A stretch of 64,000 nucleotides of DNA from Octopus sinensis (GCF_006345805.1 NC_043007.1:47306001-47370000); one strand, 5' to 3'. Positions 27,147-40,909 are shown, numbered from the stretch's first letter. Made by a program: numbers and translations. The notes: a model not told the origin generated them from the letters alone.

Positions 27147-28040
27147 GTCACTGACGGTTCACGTTAGAAATCGTTGAAACTGATTTCAACATTGCATTCA
27201 AATTAAGGTCAATTTTATGATAATTCGGTTAAATATTTCAATTCGTTCTTTTCATCATTGGTCTGGTTTACAAGTACATGTTTGGGGTTTTATTGATTAT
27301 TTACAACGTCTTATAGAATTAGAACTTCCAGGATTAACTTGAACTCCAGTAACAGCATTTATTTATAGCATATATGCACACTTCTACAAAAGTGCAAAAG
27401 AAATTGTTATACAACGTAAACGTAAAATTGATGGAAACAATTTTCGCAGTATTATATGTTTCCACTTCAGGGTTAGGTTACTTTCGGAGTATTTTCCCAT
27501 TATGTGTCCTTTTTAGCTATTTATGTAGGTACCCAAACAAACAGCGTATCTCGGGGATCCGTGTTCCGATTTCTGTGAAACTTGTTTTATTCCGTTTTTA
27601 TTCACATTCATGGGTTCTTACTTTCAGAGTATTTTCCCATTATGCGCCAGTTTGGTTGCATTAAATTATAGACAAGCAACTCAGCATAATCTGTGTACTT
27701 TCATTCAGGGTCCTGCAGCAAGTGTGGCTCGAAGCAAACAGAGTGAATTCCTTTAATTGAAGGACCCTGAATAAAGGTGCACAGAGGATTATGCTGGATT
27801 GCATGTACAATTGCACATACTATGTACAGCAGAAATACGTGCCTCTCATTATAACCCAATAATTATGCGGTATGGCCAACAATAATATTAAAATAAAGAT
27901 TTGATGATATTCCAGTCTTCCTATTCCTAATAATTGTTTGAAATCTACACTTTTGGTTACATTCATATTCAAAGGAATCGTACCCGCAGCTATCCGTCAG
28001 AAGAACTATTGCATGATTGTTAATACGACGCGATCATTGA

Positions 28041-28096
<56 letters not shown>

Positions 28097-28183
28097 TATT
28101 AGAGACAAAACCACTATTTTGCAAAACAAACAAGGAAAGACTTAATCAATACATAAAATTTTAATAAATAGTCAAAAAAACCG

Positions 28184-28226
28184 CCACTACAATTGTTTCT
28201 TGTCTTGATCGACAATCTTCAGGTGG
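28184..28226 (-). ncRNA. Mirror-image hammerhead ribozyme on the left arm
   Basis: Exact reverse complement of 28283-28325. Confidence 0.85.
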
Positions 28227-28282
28227 ACTTCCAATAAGTCAGTTTCAAATTATGAATAATTTGAAACTGACTTATTGGAAGT

Positions 28283-28325
28283 CCACCTGAAGATTGTCGA
28301 TCAAGACAAGAAACAATTGTAGTGG
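28283..28325 (+). ncRNA. Minimal type I hammerhead ribozyme, intact core
   Basis: CCAC-CUGAAGA-UUGUC gaucaa GACAA-GAAAC-AAUU-GUA/GUGG: stem I 4 bp, stem II 5 bp, palindromic stem III ACAAUUGU; predicted cleavage after 28321. Confidence 0.85.
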
Positions 28326-28503
28326 CGGTTTTTTTGACTATTTATTAAAATTTTATGTATTGATTAAGTCTTTCCTTGTTTGTTTTGCAAAATAGTGGTT
28401 TTGTCTCTAATAATATTTTATAATATTTTACTATAAAATTGGATTTAATCCTAAATCTGATTTTTTCCCTGTAAATTTGGATTTATTCCCTAATATTTAT
28501 TAT

Positions 28504-28556
<53 letters not shown>

Positions 28557-29325
28557 TATATATATATATATGTATGTATGTATGTGTGTATGTAAACACA
28601 AATATCCACTAATACTAATACAATGTATGGATCACGCACATGTTCATATTTAGAATCACAGGTCGACATGTAAATCCATCTCACATGTTCCTTCTTGTGT
28701 GTATGCACTTTCTAGATGCATATTTGCAAACAAACTAATGAATGCGTGCCTATACATGCAGATGCAGAACCAGACGCGCCCGCGCGAACAAAAGTTCTGT
28801 ATGATATTGATCTAGCAAATACGCAAGCACCTATTTACCTACCTACATATACGCTTAACGGAAGAAATAAATAGTCGCAAAAATAATAGTAAAATAAGGT
28901 TAGATTTGAAAATAAGAAGTACACTAAAAATCCAGTATCAATATTGAGATCATCCTTATATCTTACACATACATTTTTTTTCTTTTGTATGATCTTTTTC
29001 ATGTTTAGTCTTATATATCTGAAAAGCATCTTTGACAAAGAACGGAATCTGATATACATAGAAGTTAAACACAAAGTATAAATGTCCATCTGCATCACCG
29101 AATTTCATCAATCAGGAGAAATAAAACAACTGTAGAAAAACCATATACCGTTCTGAACTATTTGCTACACGAAAACAAAATGTACTCTACAATTTGTTGC
29201 CTTAGGGGAGATCAGTGTTTGATTATATTCATATAGAAAAAGATCTCTGCAGAAGAACAGACGGAAGCTTGCACGTAAATGTGAGCGCATAAAATATACA
29301 CATAAATATACCACACCATACACAT

Positions 29326-29416
<91 letters not shown>

Positions 29417-29797
29417 TACACACATATTTGCTCTTGTATACATACATATATATATATATATACACACAGAGACACATACACACACTTATATAGAGATAGA
29501 TAGATAGGTAAATATATGAGTGTGTGTGTATATATATATATATATTATATATATATATATATATACATACAACAATGATCCATTAAATAAAGACTACTGC
29601 CAAATATATCTTTCGATTCTTTAAACAATTATTATTAACTCTATTAAAGCTGCGGAATTCCTGAAGTTGATCCAACGAAAATATACACCCACCGTGAATG
29701 ACATTAGGTAGCCCAAATTATGAACGTGATTTACTCAACACAGTAATTGACATATACCCATTGGTCCCCAAAATCACATACAAAGATACACACATAC

Positions 29798-30050
<253 letters not shown>

Positions 30051-30189
30051 AAGTTCCTGATGATTGATTCATCTTTGCAGATGATTACCGTCTCCCCATG
30101 TACCCCAATTAACCATCATCAGCTCCAAACGTCCGTCCTTGACCCCCTAGGTGGCTTTTAAGTCCAGCATTAGATTTGCACGATCTGCA

Positions 30190-30640
30190 GCAAACTTGAC
30201 AGATGTGCCGTTTATTTGATTTACTAGGTTTACTTGTGGGATGTCATTCTTATGTACCCTCATATGCCTTTTAAGACTAGCTATTGCACACAACACGTCT
30301 CACCTAGCATTGGAGGGAGACAGCTGCATATAATTGGCTTTTATGTGATTTTTATTAAGTAATGTTCCCAGATTAGAGAGCAGTAAACGACCACACACCT
30401 CACAAATCCAGCTCACTGCGTTGTTATTGATGGTCATAATGTGGCCTTTTCGAAGCAGGCCTTTAAGATTTTCATGATCAAGACGTCTCTCTTCAAGCAT
30501 TCTGCAGCCTTCCTTTACATATTCTCTCCATTTTCGCCTCTTTAAAGCAAACACTCCCCAGTTCTGATCTTCAAGCTGAAAATTTTTAAGGTTGTTGTTA
30601 CGCCATCATTATATATGTTTCTTTGTTTGTGCTGAAGGCG
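30190..30640 (-). mobile_element. RTE-clade LINE 3' remnant
   Basis: KRRKWREYVKEGC..E.RR..WICEVCGRLLLSNLG, a C-terminal zinc-finger-like end typical of RTE/BovB ORFs. Confidence 0.6.
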
Positions 30641-30681
30641 TTTCCCAGTCTGCAATTGACTGTAAATTTCACGCATATAAT

Positions 30682-31367
30682 CTCTGAGAGATCAACGCAG
30701 TAGTTGTACTGACAAGTAATACTCTTAATCACTTTAACTTAGCTGTCCTTTCGAACGGACTCTACTGCGATTTTTAACCCCAAGAGGACATCTGTTCAGG
30801 CTGGTTAACGATGCGCAGCTACATCTGATAAAGTTGCGAGCAGGGGAGCAAACCCCTACCATCTCCTAGCGACGGAACCAGTAGACCGGTTCTTGTTTCG
30901 GGTTATTTCTGCCACTCTTCAGTACTGCACATCTCATCTGACAGAGATGATAGCAACTCATTTCTGCACACAATATGTATATTTGAAGCGAACAAACAGT
31001 GAAATATTAGAACTAGCATTTTTGCTAGTTGCAAAATCAGCGACTGTGTGTTCGCTCAAAATATATATATTGCGTGCAGAAGCGAGCTGCTATCATCTCT
31101 AGCAGACGAAGTGTGCAGTACTGAAGAGTGGCAGAAATAACCCGAAACAATGACTGGTCTACCGGTTCTGTTGCCAGGAGATGATAGGGGTTCGGTACCT
31201 TGCTCGCAATTTTATAGGAATCAGCCGAGCATCGTTGACCAGCTAGCGGAGGTTTCCGCTTGGGGTTAAAACATCACGGTAGAGTCCGCTCGAACAACGG
31301 ACAGCCATGTTAAAGTGGGTATAAATACTACTTCTCAGTAGAACTACTGCGTTGATCTCTTAGAGAA
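30682..31367. mobile_element. Diverged fold-back, arms of about 340 bp, centre about 31020
   Basis: gagatcaacgcagtagtt..ttgcgagca..gtttcgggttatttctgccactcttcagtactgcac is inverted at 31111-31360; central aactagca tttt tgctagtt. Confidence 0.85.
30879..30927 (-). ncRNA. Type I hammerhead motif (partner on + strand 31116-31164)
   Basis: CAGUA-CUGAAGA-GUGGCAGAAAUAACCC-GAAAC-AAGAACCG-GUC/UACUG: 5-bp stem I and intact core; weak stems II and III. Confidence 0.62.
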
Positions 31368-31385
31368 ATTTTAGAACTAGCATAT

Positions 31386-31442
<57 letters not shown>

Positions 31443-32079
31443 CTGTGTGTGTGTCTGTGTGTGTGTGTGTGTGTTCGCGCGTGTGTATTCATGCTACTAT
31501 GCAAAAGTGTCGTAAGTCCAAACTGTTGCTTTTACGTTAGCAACAGTTTCAGCATGGCAATAATACGTTGTTGGGTGCGTAAGATTGTAGTTCCATGCAT
31601 GTATGATATTTTCATTCAGAAATATTTTTGCAAAGCTGTCGTATGTGGGTCTCGCTAAACTTTTGAAAAATGCGAAAGTGTTTCACTACACTTTGGCAAT
31701 TTTCATCTGAAGCAGCTGGAGATACGATACTTTGACCAAAAGAATCGGTTCTTGCAAGCAAAATTAAATTTTGAAAAGAAAACGCTCTTGGCCGAATTTG
31801 GACATACGACAGTTCAACATAATAGCAGTGATATGATTATATGTGCTTGTGTGTGTGTGTGTGTGTGTGTTTCTATGTATGTACATGAGTGTGTGTGTGT
31901 GAGCGCGCGAGTATATAAAAAGAAATTTAAGTTATGTTGCCAAAGAATGATTGATTTAACTACATTTTATGTTTATTGGAATATGAAGATAAAAATATTT
32001 CAACATTTTGAAATAAACAAACTAGTAATGCAACAGAAACCAATAGTTTAATGGACCTGAACAAATATATATGAATGTG

Positions 32080-32134
<55 letters not shown>

Positions 32135-32173
32135 TGTGTGTGTGTGTGTGTGTGTGTGTATGTATATATAGTA

Positions 32174-32255
<82 letters not shown>

Positions 32256-33421
32256 CATGTATGTATGTATATATATATCTATAGATATACATATAGCTAT
32301 ATATGTCTGTATGTATCGTGACATACATACGACTGAATCATCCCATATTTGCATCTCTTTGGGTATGCATGTATTTTAGATAAGCTTTTTGGTGAAGGTA
32401 GAATATATATAGTATGTAAATATGATAACACCCTCGGTGATAAACAAAGACATAAATATTTTATGCCTCAAATTTGCGAATATTCATACGAATATCCACT
32501 CTATGTTGTATAATATTGACTATTACAAAATCCCATTTTTGTCCTATTTTTGCAAAATGCTCGATTTTGGCATCAGATTTTACATACTCTTTTCATTATA
32601 ATAGTGAATGGTATTAAATTTCGAAAACAGCATTTTGATATGTTGTATCAGACAGAGAATCGGTTTCCTATAACCGTAGAACTGAAAATATACCCCTTGG
32701 CAATTGTCAGAAACATCTCACATTAAAGTTTGTCATTAGTCATACGATGTCTTAAGATTTAGCTATACACATTTATGTGTGTGTGTGTGTGTGTGTGTGC
32801 GTGCGTGCGCGTGTGTGTGTGTGAGTGTGTGTGTGTGTGTGTGTGTTTGTGTATTTATGTGAGTTACTGTATCGCACACCTGATCTTATGATTGCGGTTT
32901 CGATTCCTGAATCAGGCGATGCATTGTGTTCTTGAGCAAAACACTTCTTTTCCTTTTGCCTGCAAAATGAATAATCCTTCGACAGATCAGTTTCACATCC
33001 ACATGGGAATATATACGTCACAGAACACACGAAAACGGCCTTAGGAGCCTATAACTCGGAAAGGGCCTTTGATCATGTTGATAAATATATATGCGTATGT
33101 GTATGAGCGCATACATGTATGTATGTGTATAGTTATGCATATGCATATATACATATATATATATATATGTGTGTGTGTATGTATGTGTGCATATACACAT
33201 AAATATATATATATATACATGTATATATACTTATATATATGTATATGTATATATATGTATGAATGTATATATATATATCGTGATGTATATTTGCCACCTA
33301 AATGTGGTTAACCCTTACGGATCGATGCTACTGTAGCTCGCAGACCCAGGAAGACATCTCCTCCAGCTGGCTGTTGACACACTAGCTGTTCTGTATTAGT
33401 ATTTGCAAAGGGAAGTCATCT

Positions 33422-33516
33422 TTCCCATCTCCAGCCTGACTTGATACACACACGACCTGAGTTTCTGGGTATTGACCCGTCATCAGCGTGTGACAACCAC
33501 CGGTTGGAGATGGGAA
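33422..33516 (-). ncRNA. Type I hammerhead with an extended, internally looped stem I
   Basis: CACAC-G-CUGAUGA-C GGGU caau ACCC A-GAAAC-UCAG-GUC/GUGUG, closed by a 14/15-bp distal helix ttcccatctccaacc / ggctggagatgggaa; predicted cleavage between 33454 and 33453. Confidence 0.75.
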
Positions 33517-33649
33517 GTGGTTCTCAATGCAACTATATATACCATATATATATATATATATATGTAGGTCCCGGGTTGATCCGGGGTTAACCACAGTAAG
33601 TAAGGTACTCAATACATAGCAGAGTAAAATTAATTTATTATATAGAAGG

Positions 33650-33700
33650 AGCTTCTACAGGACTAGTACTGTTTCATTCAAGAGAAATCTTCAGGAAGCT
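33650..33700 (-). ncRNA. Mirror hammerhead motif at the left end of the palindrome
   Basis: Exact reverse complement of 37280-37330. Confidence 0.8.
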
Positions 33701-34100
33701 ATTTAACAAGAATTGTATTAGCATTTATACATTTAGGCAGGTTTAAAGGAGTGGTGGTGGGGGACTTTTTTGGGGGTAGGCATAGCGCAAAATATCATAC
33801 TTGGGGGAGTGGTCAAGGAGTCAGTGGTAAGTTAGGTGAAAGAATAGATAAATAAAAAAATAAAAAATAAAAAATAAAAAATAAAAAATAAAAAATAAAA
33901 AAATAAAAAAATAAAAAAATAAAAAAATAAAAAAATAAAAAAATATATAAAAAAATAAAAAAATAAAAAAATAAAATGTGTGCACATACATACATAAACA
34001 CATATACATACACACACACATACGTACACATGTGTGCCTATACATACCTACACATACACACATACACATACATATATATATACCATACATACACATACAT

Positions 34101-34135
<35 letters not shown>

Positions 34136-37100
34136 AATACATATTACCAATCCAATACAGGCCCATTCCCTAATTTTAATTTTATTATCTTCATTTTTAC
34201 TTTTTATCTTTGATCGCTAGAGCTAAGGATCCTGGCGATGGCAGCATGTCCAAATGTCTGTCTACTAGAAGGCAAGTACTCGTTCCCGCACGCACACTCA
34301 TTAGCACGTACATACACCCATTCGTACACTCATACACATACACGTACGCACGCGTTATATCCATACATACAAACATCTACATACGTCACGTATATACACA
34401 TACGTACTCGTACCTACAGATTCATGTCTACACTTTAGGAGGCTAGTCTATATATATACACCAATAAATATACATATATATGTATATATATATACATATA
34501 TATATATATACACATATACACATACACACACACACACACATATATATACTCCTACATACAGATACATACCTATATATTATATATATATATATACCCACAC
34601 ATACATGTACATATATATATATATACATATACATACATATATATATATATACATATATATATACATATATACATACATACATACACACACACACCCATAT
34701 ATATACACACACATACATACACATATATATACATACACAAACATATATACACACACATATATATATATATATACATATATACACACATACATACACACAC
34801 CTACATACATATACACACAAACACATACATACGTAAACATACATACATACATCCATACATCCATACTTACATGCACTTATACGCATACACACACCCCCAT
34901 CTATATATATATAATATATATCTATATAATATATACACACTCACACATACATATACAAATATACGCCCACACATACATACATACATAAACGTATACGCAT
35001 ACACGCACATACAATATACATGCGTACCCATACACGTGCCCACACGCACATGCATCCATATGTATACACACACACACATACATACACGTGTGCAAGCATA
35101 CATACATACTCATACACGCACACATACTTACATATTACATATGCACACACTTACACACATATATACATACACATATACATGCATACATACATATATGCAT
35201 ACATACACATACACGCACATACACATATACACATGCGTACCATACACGTGCACGCACGCACGCGCATCCATATATATACACACGCACACATATATATACA
35301 CGTGTGCAAGCATACATACATACTCATACACGCGCACATACTTACAAGTACATATCACACTTCCACACATATATACATACACATATACTGCATACATACA
35401 TATATGCATACATACACACACGCGCACTCATATATATACATATATATATATACATACATATATATATACACATGTGTATGTGTGTGTATATATATATACA
35501 TACATATATATATACACATGTGTATGTGTGTGTATATATATATATGTATATATGAGTGCGCGTGTGTGTATGTATGCATATTGTATGTATGCATGTATAG
35601 TGTATGTATAATGTGTGGAAGTGTGTGTGCATAATGTACTTGTAAGTATGTGCGCGTGTATGAGTATGTATGTATGCTTGCACACGTGTAAATATGTGTG
35701 TGTGTAATATATGGATGCGCGTGCGTGCGTGCAGTGTATGGGTACGCATGTGTATATGGTATGTGCGTGTAGTGTATGTATGCATATATGTATGTATATA
35801 TGTGTTATGTGTTGTATATATGTGTGTAAGTGTGTGCATATATGTATATGTAAGTATGTGTGCGTGTATGAGTATGTATGTATGCTTGCACACGTGTATG
35901 TATGTGTGTGTGTTGTATACATATGGATGCATGTGCGTGTGGGCACGTGTATGGGTACGCATGTATATGTGTATGTGCGTGTATGCGTATACGTTTATGT
36001 ATGTATGTATGTGTGGGCGTATATTTGTATATGTATGTGTGAGTGTATCTATTATATTATATAATATATATATATATATATAGATGGGGGTGTGTGTATG
36101 CGTATAAGTGCTTGTAAGTATGGATGTATGGATGTATGTATGTATGTTTACGTATGTATGTGTTTGTGTGTATATGTATGTAGGTGTGTGTATGTATGTG
36201 GGTATATATGTATATATATATATATATGTGTGTGTATATAGTTTGTGTATGTATATTATATGGTATGTATGTGTGTGTATATATATGGGTGTGTGTGTGT
36301 ATGTATGTATGTAGTATGTATATATATATGTATATATATATATATGTATGTATATGTATATATATATATGTACATGTATGTGTGGGTATATATATATATA
36401 TATATTATATAGGTATGTATCTGTATGTAGGAGTATATATATGTGTGTGTGTGTGTGTATGTGTATATGTGTAATATATATATATATGTATATATATACA
36501 TATATATGTATATTATTGGTGTATATATATAGACTAGCCTCCTAAAGTTGTAGACATGAATCTGTAGGTACGAGTACGTATGTGTGTATACGTGAACGTA
36601 TGTAGATGTTTGTATGTATGGATATAACGCGTGCGTACGTGTATGTGTATGAGTGTACAATGGGTGTATGTACGTGCTAATGAGTGTGCGTGCGGGAACG
36701 AGTACTTGCCTTCTAGTAGACAGACAATTTGGACATGCTGCCATCGCCAGGATCCTTAGCTCTAGCGATCAAAGATAACAAAAGTATAAATGAAGATAAA
36801 TTAAATTAAAATTAGGGAATGGGCCTGTATTGGATTGTGTATATATGTATGTGTATATTTATATATATATTATATATATATATATATGTATTGTATGTAT
36901 GTGTATATATATATGTATGTGTATGTGTGTATGTGTAGGTATGTATAGGCACACATGTGTACGTATGGTGGTGGTATGTATAGTGTTTATGTATGTATGT
37001 GCACACATTTTATTTTTTTATTTTTTTATTTTTTTATATATTTTTTTATTTTTTTATTTTTTATTTTTTATTTTTTTATTTTTTTATTTTTTATTTTTTA

Positions 37101-37279
37101 TTTTTTATTTTTTATTTTTTATTTTTTATTATCTATTCTTTCACCTAACTTACCACTGACTCCTTGACCACTCCCCCAAGTATGATATTTTGCGCTATGC
37201 CTACCCCCAAAAAAGTCCCCCACCACCACTCCTTTAAACCTGCCTAAATGTATAAATGCTAATACAATTCTTGTTAAAT

Positions 37280-37330
37280 AGCTTCCTGAAGATTTCTCTT
37301 GAATGAAACAGTACTAGTCCTGTAGAAGCT
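37280..37330 (+). ncRNA. Type I hammerhead motif at the right end of the palindrome
   Basis: AGCUUC-CUGAAGA-UUUC ucuu GAAU-GAAACAG uacuaguc CUGUA/GAAGCU: 6-bp stem I, 4-bp stem III, stem II with a U-U at its base; predicted cleavage after 37324. Confidence 0.8.
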
Positions 37331-37354
37331 CCTTCTATATAAAAAAAAATATAT

Positions 37355-37385
<31 letters not shown>

Positions 37386-37927
37386 CAGGGTAGCAAAAAT
37401 TCAAGAGAAATTTTTTCGCCACCAGCGGTCTAGTGAGAAAGAAAAAATAGTCAACAGACTATATAATGTACATTCAACAATATATTAAGGAATGGCCTTG
37501 ATAGGCCATTCGACTCACTAAAACGAGCAGCCAAACTCAAACCGCTAAATAGTAGTAATTCAGAAACCAAAGGAAAATTAGAAACATTTACCCTTATCAT
37601 CTTTGGACTATGCATAGTTCGTCGAAATTTATTTAATTTAATTTAATTTAATTTAATGAGCAGACACCCAATACACTCACAAAAGCAAGTATTTTATAAC
37701 TGGAGTAAGAGGGAGTCGCACTTGCAACCATCTGGTAGTGAATTTCAGTTGAGTAGAGTATAGAAACTTGAAATACAGTGTGTTCCCCAAGGACGAAACG
37801 CTTTGTTCTGTCCAGATTTCAAACCTTGCCTAATGTGAAGGAGTGTGGTCCAATCATCAGGTGACCCTCTTCACATATATAAACACATCCACGCATGATC
37901 GTTCGCGTGCGAGCGCGCACACGCACA

Positions 37928-38132
37928 TACGGGAGGTGATGAAAAATTCCTTGCTCTAACGGTATCGTCAAATACCTGGTTTGAGGATAACTTTTCGAGT
38001 CCTTTTAAGGATGGACTGCTACAATAAATGTGTGAATCTGAGAGTGGAATATTTACAATAAAATCATAACTGATCACCCTGTGTATTTTCTGCTACCCAA
38101 TGATTCGAACTTCTCAACGACTTCTCGAATAT
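37928..38132. mobile_element. Mariner-derived MITE, diverged
   Basis: tacgggaggtgatgaaaaattcc..aataaatgtgtgaatctgagag..atcataactgatcaccctgtg. Confidence 0.6.
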
Positions 38133-38778
38133 ATATATATATAAATGTATAAGGGTGTTTAGGTTACATATGACAATTTTGGCTTCTTTTGTTTCAGGAA
38201 CAGGTTGATATACAAGGAAAAAGTCAACGATGCTAGAGAACTTATCGATTAAAGTTGTAGTTGATCACATGGAAGACTGGAACCCAGCTGAGTACTGGAA
38301 GGGAGTTACCTGTATCATGATATTTCGTGAAGGGTACCAAAATGTCTACATCATCGCTGTTGCTCTGTAGTCTGTGAACTTTGTAAAGGAATCTAAGACG
38401 TGACATGGACTCTTTAAGATTCCATTTGTTGAAATCCTGCCGTTTCTATACCATTCTACACAGCTTTCTATATATGAAACATGTCAATACACGGAAAACA
38501 TTCTCCCTCACTTATATAACACGTGCTAATTACGACCGCGGTGATTGCTAGGCCCATTTCAATTACAGATGTCAAAAATCTCAAGTTACTTTTAGGAAAT
38601 TTAGGCGGAGAAACTTGTCAGCTAGCATCATATTTGGATAATAGTTTGTATATCCTTTTGTTTTTTGAAGCTGAGATATTTTTCTGAAAGTCAGCTACCT
38701 TTTTGTTCGATATTTGACATCAAAGGCCATTTTTTCCAAAAGACAAGTAACTCATAGGCTTTTAACATCACCATTCAG

Positions 38779-38908
38779 GTGCTTGACCGGCAATTCTGAG
38801 AAACATTACCTCATTGCCTGTATAATTTTATTGCTGTCATGGATAAATTTCAACATTGTTTCAGCGTCGGATGAAGCAACCGAAAGTGATACCAATTTAC
38901 TGGCGAAA
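38779..38908 (+). CDS. Candidate 130-nt coding exon with a signal-peptide/TM-like segment
   Basis: ccattcag acceptor, open frame [45 protein letters not shown] donor (gtgtgt, weak) before a microsatellite. No in-frame ATG upstream to the stop at 38672, so it would need splicing. Confidence 0.3.
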
Positions 38909-38948
38909 GTGTGTTATATATACATGTGTGTGGGTTTTGTATGTATGC

Positions 38949-38985
<37 letters not shown>

Positions 38986-39103
38986 TATGTATGTATATAT
39001 GTTTATGTATATATATGCACATGCCTATATGTATATACATATATGTAGCTATGTAGAAATACGTGCATATATATATATGTATATATATATATATATGTAT
39101 ATA

Positions 39104-39210
<107 letters not shown>

Positions 39211-40909
39211 CATTCAAACAAACGTATATCTGTATGTATGCGTAAATGAATATAGTGTGTGTGTGCGCGCGCATGTGTTTGAGAGAGCATTGTCACCGAT
39301 ATAATATTGCCATTAAAGCAATGACGAGAATAACTTTAAATTTCTTTCATGTTTTTAATGCTTCTAAAGAAACTGTTTTTACCATTTTCTAAGTTATTTC
39401 CCCCCACAGGCAATGACAATTAATAGTTATTCTTAAGTGTCACGTTCCACTATTGTCATAAATTATTTTTTCTATAAAAACTGTCTGGAATCAAGCTTTT
39501 TGCTATAAATAACTTCATTACAGTTTAAAATATGTACGTGATTTGTTCATCTTGCTACTGGTCAATAAAAGGTAATACTATATAGTATCACAATGTTACA
39601 GAGTAGTTTTCTCTGTAAACTCTAGGATGCATGTTTGGAACGGTTGATGTTTTGCACTTGCATTGCGCTCGTATTTTAACATCAAATACGTATAAAATGA
39701 AAATTATTTCCGTTCTAACCCAGGAAGCCAGACGGGAATAAAAATAATGTTTGGAAGAGTATTAAAAAATGTTATTTTTAGGATTTCAGTGCGAGGAAAT
39801 ATGATGATACATATTCGATTGAACTCGGTATGATGACGATGATGATGACGACGACGGCGATGTCGATGATGATGACGGAAAGTCAAACTCAGCGTATTTT
39901 CAACTCGAAATGTAAACACCCGGAAGAAATTCTCCTCGGCATTTTGCTCGACGCATTAATCGTTCTTTGAGCAGACAGCGTTTGGTTTATATTTTAAACA
40001 CAAAGTAAGGAATCTTTAGATGCAATCGATCCTAGTACTTCGATGGTACTTTGTTTTAGCGATCTCAAAATCATAAGTGACGAAGCTGGTCTTGTCAGGG
40101 TTGAATTCAGAATGCAAAAAATCCGGAAGCAAACCTATAAGACATTTCTTCCGATACTGCATCAATTCGTTGTCCTTGTAATAATTGTTTTTGTTTAGAT
40201 ACAACTGGTATTTGATTTTGTTCCCTGCAAAAAGGCGAAAAGTGGTATTTGCTTTAAAGGGACTTGATCACACAAAGTAAAAGACGATAAATACAACAGA
40301 AAATATTTTCTAACGCTCTAAACATTCCACTAACATCTTCCCTGTAATAATATGTTAGAAGGTAAAAGCACTTATTTATGGGAAAGCGAACAGTAGCGCA
40401 TATCAAACCAAGATTTTCCCTGGTTCTTTACTTTTAAAGGCTTCTGCGAGATAAAAAGCAGTTTTAACATCTCAAAACAAGTGACACGTTTAAAATAACG
40501 TGTACATGGGACTTAAAACCTGAGAGTAGAATAAACTATCGCTATGGCAAAATTTTAAAGAATACATAGAAATTGATGAATGTAATTTAAATATATAGTC
40601 TCACACCCACCCACATACACACACACACACACTTATATATATATATATATATAACAAGAGATGGAAAGAACTCAAAATCAGAAAAGCATAAATTTTAGAC
40701 ATAGTTTGCAATTAAATTACATCCAACATCTGTTTCATTAGCAATAACCAGAATAAATTCCATAATTAGGCAATTGTGATATATAATGAATTAAATTTAT
40801 TTAAATTAATTGAAAGCTATTTGTATCCCAAATCACTGAAAGTATTATGATTTTAGATTTATTAGGAATTTTAATTACGTATCGCAATTCATATCAGGAC
40901 AATTTCCTT

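Larger units (their letters stand above)
28087..28422. mobile_element. Perfect fold-back, 167-bp arms with a 2-nt loop, plus a right tail of about 78 nt (28423-28500), in (TA)n
   Basis: tataaaatattattagagac...gtttcaaattat ga ataatttgaaac...gtctctaataatattttata; no mismatch found by eye. Confidence 0.93.
33638..37342. mobile_element. 3.7-kb palindrome (centre about 35490) with PLE-like termini and a 74-nt unpaired left tail (33564-33637)
   Basis: Outer about 210 bp of the arms are identical in reverse complement (33638-33850 vs 37130-37342); unique inner blocks 34150-34445 vs 36535-36830 are also inverted; flanked by (TA)n. Confidence 0.9.

Noticed and set aside
28880-29170. RYKDD-containing ORF as a PLE RT belonging to the 28.2 kb hairpin
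   Set aside because: Single weak motif in heavily decayed sequence, separated from the hairpin by TA repeats; the link is unsupported.
40005-40200. Stop-free frames on both strands (DAIDPSTS..; MYLNKN..)
   Set aside because: No recognisable family, weak or ambiguous splice sites, and no phase fit with the 38.8 kb candidate.
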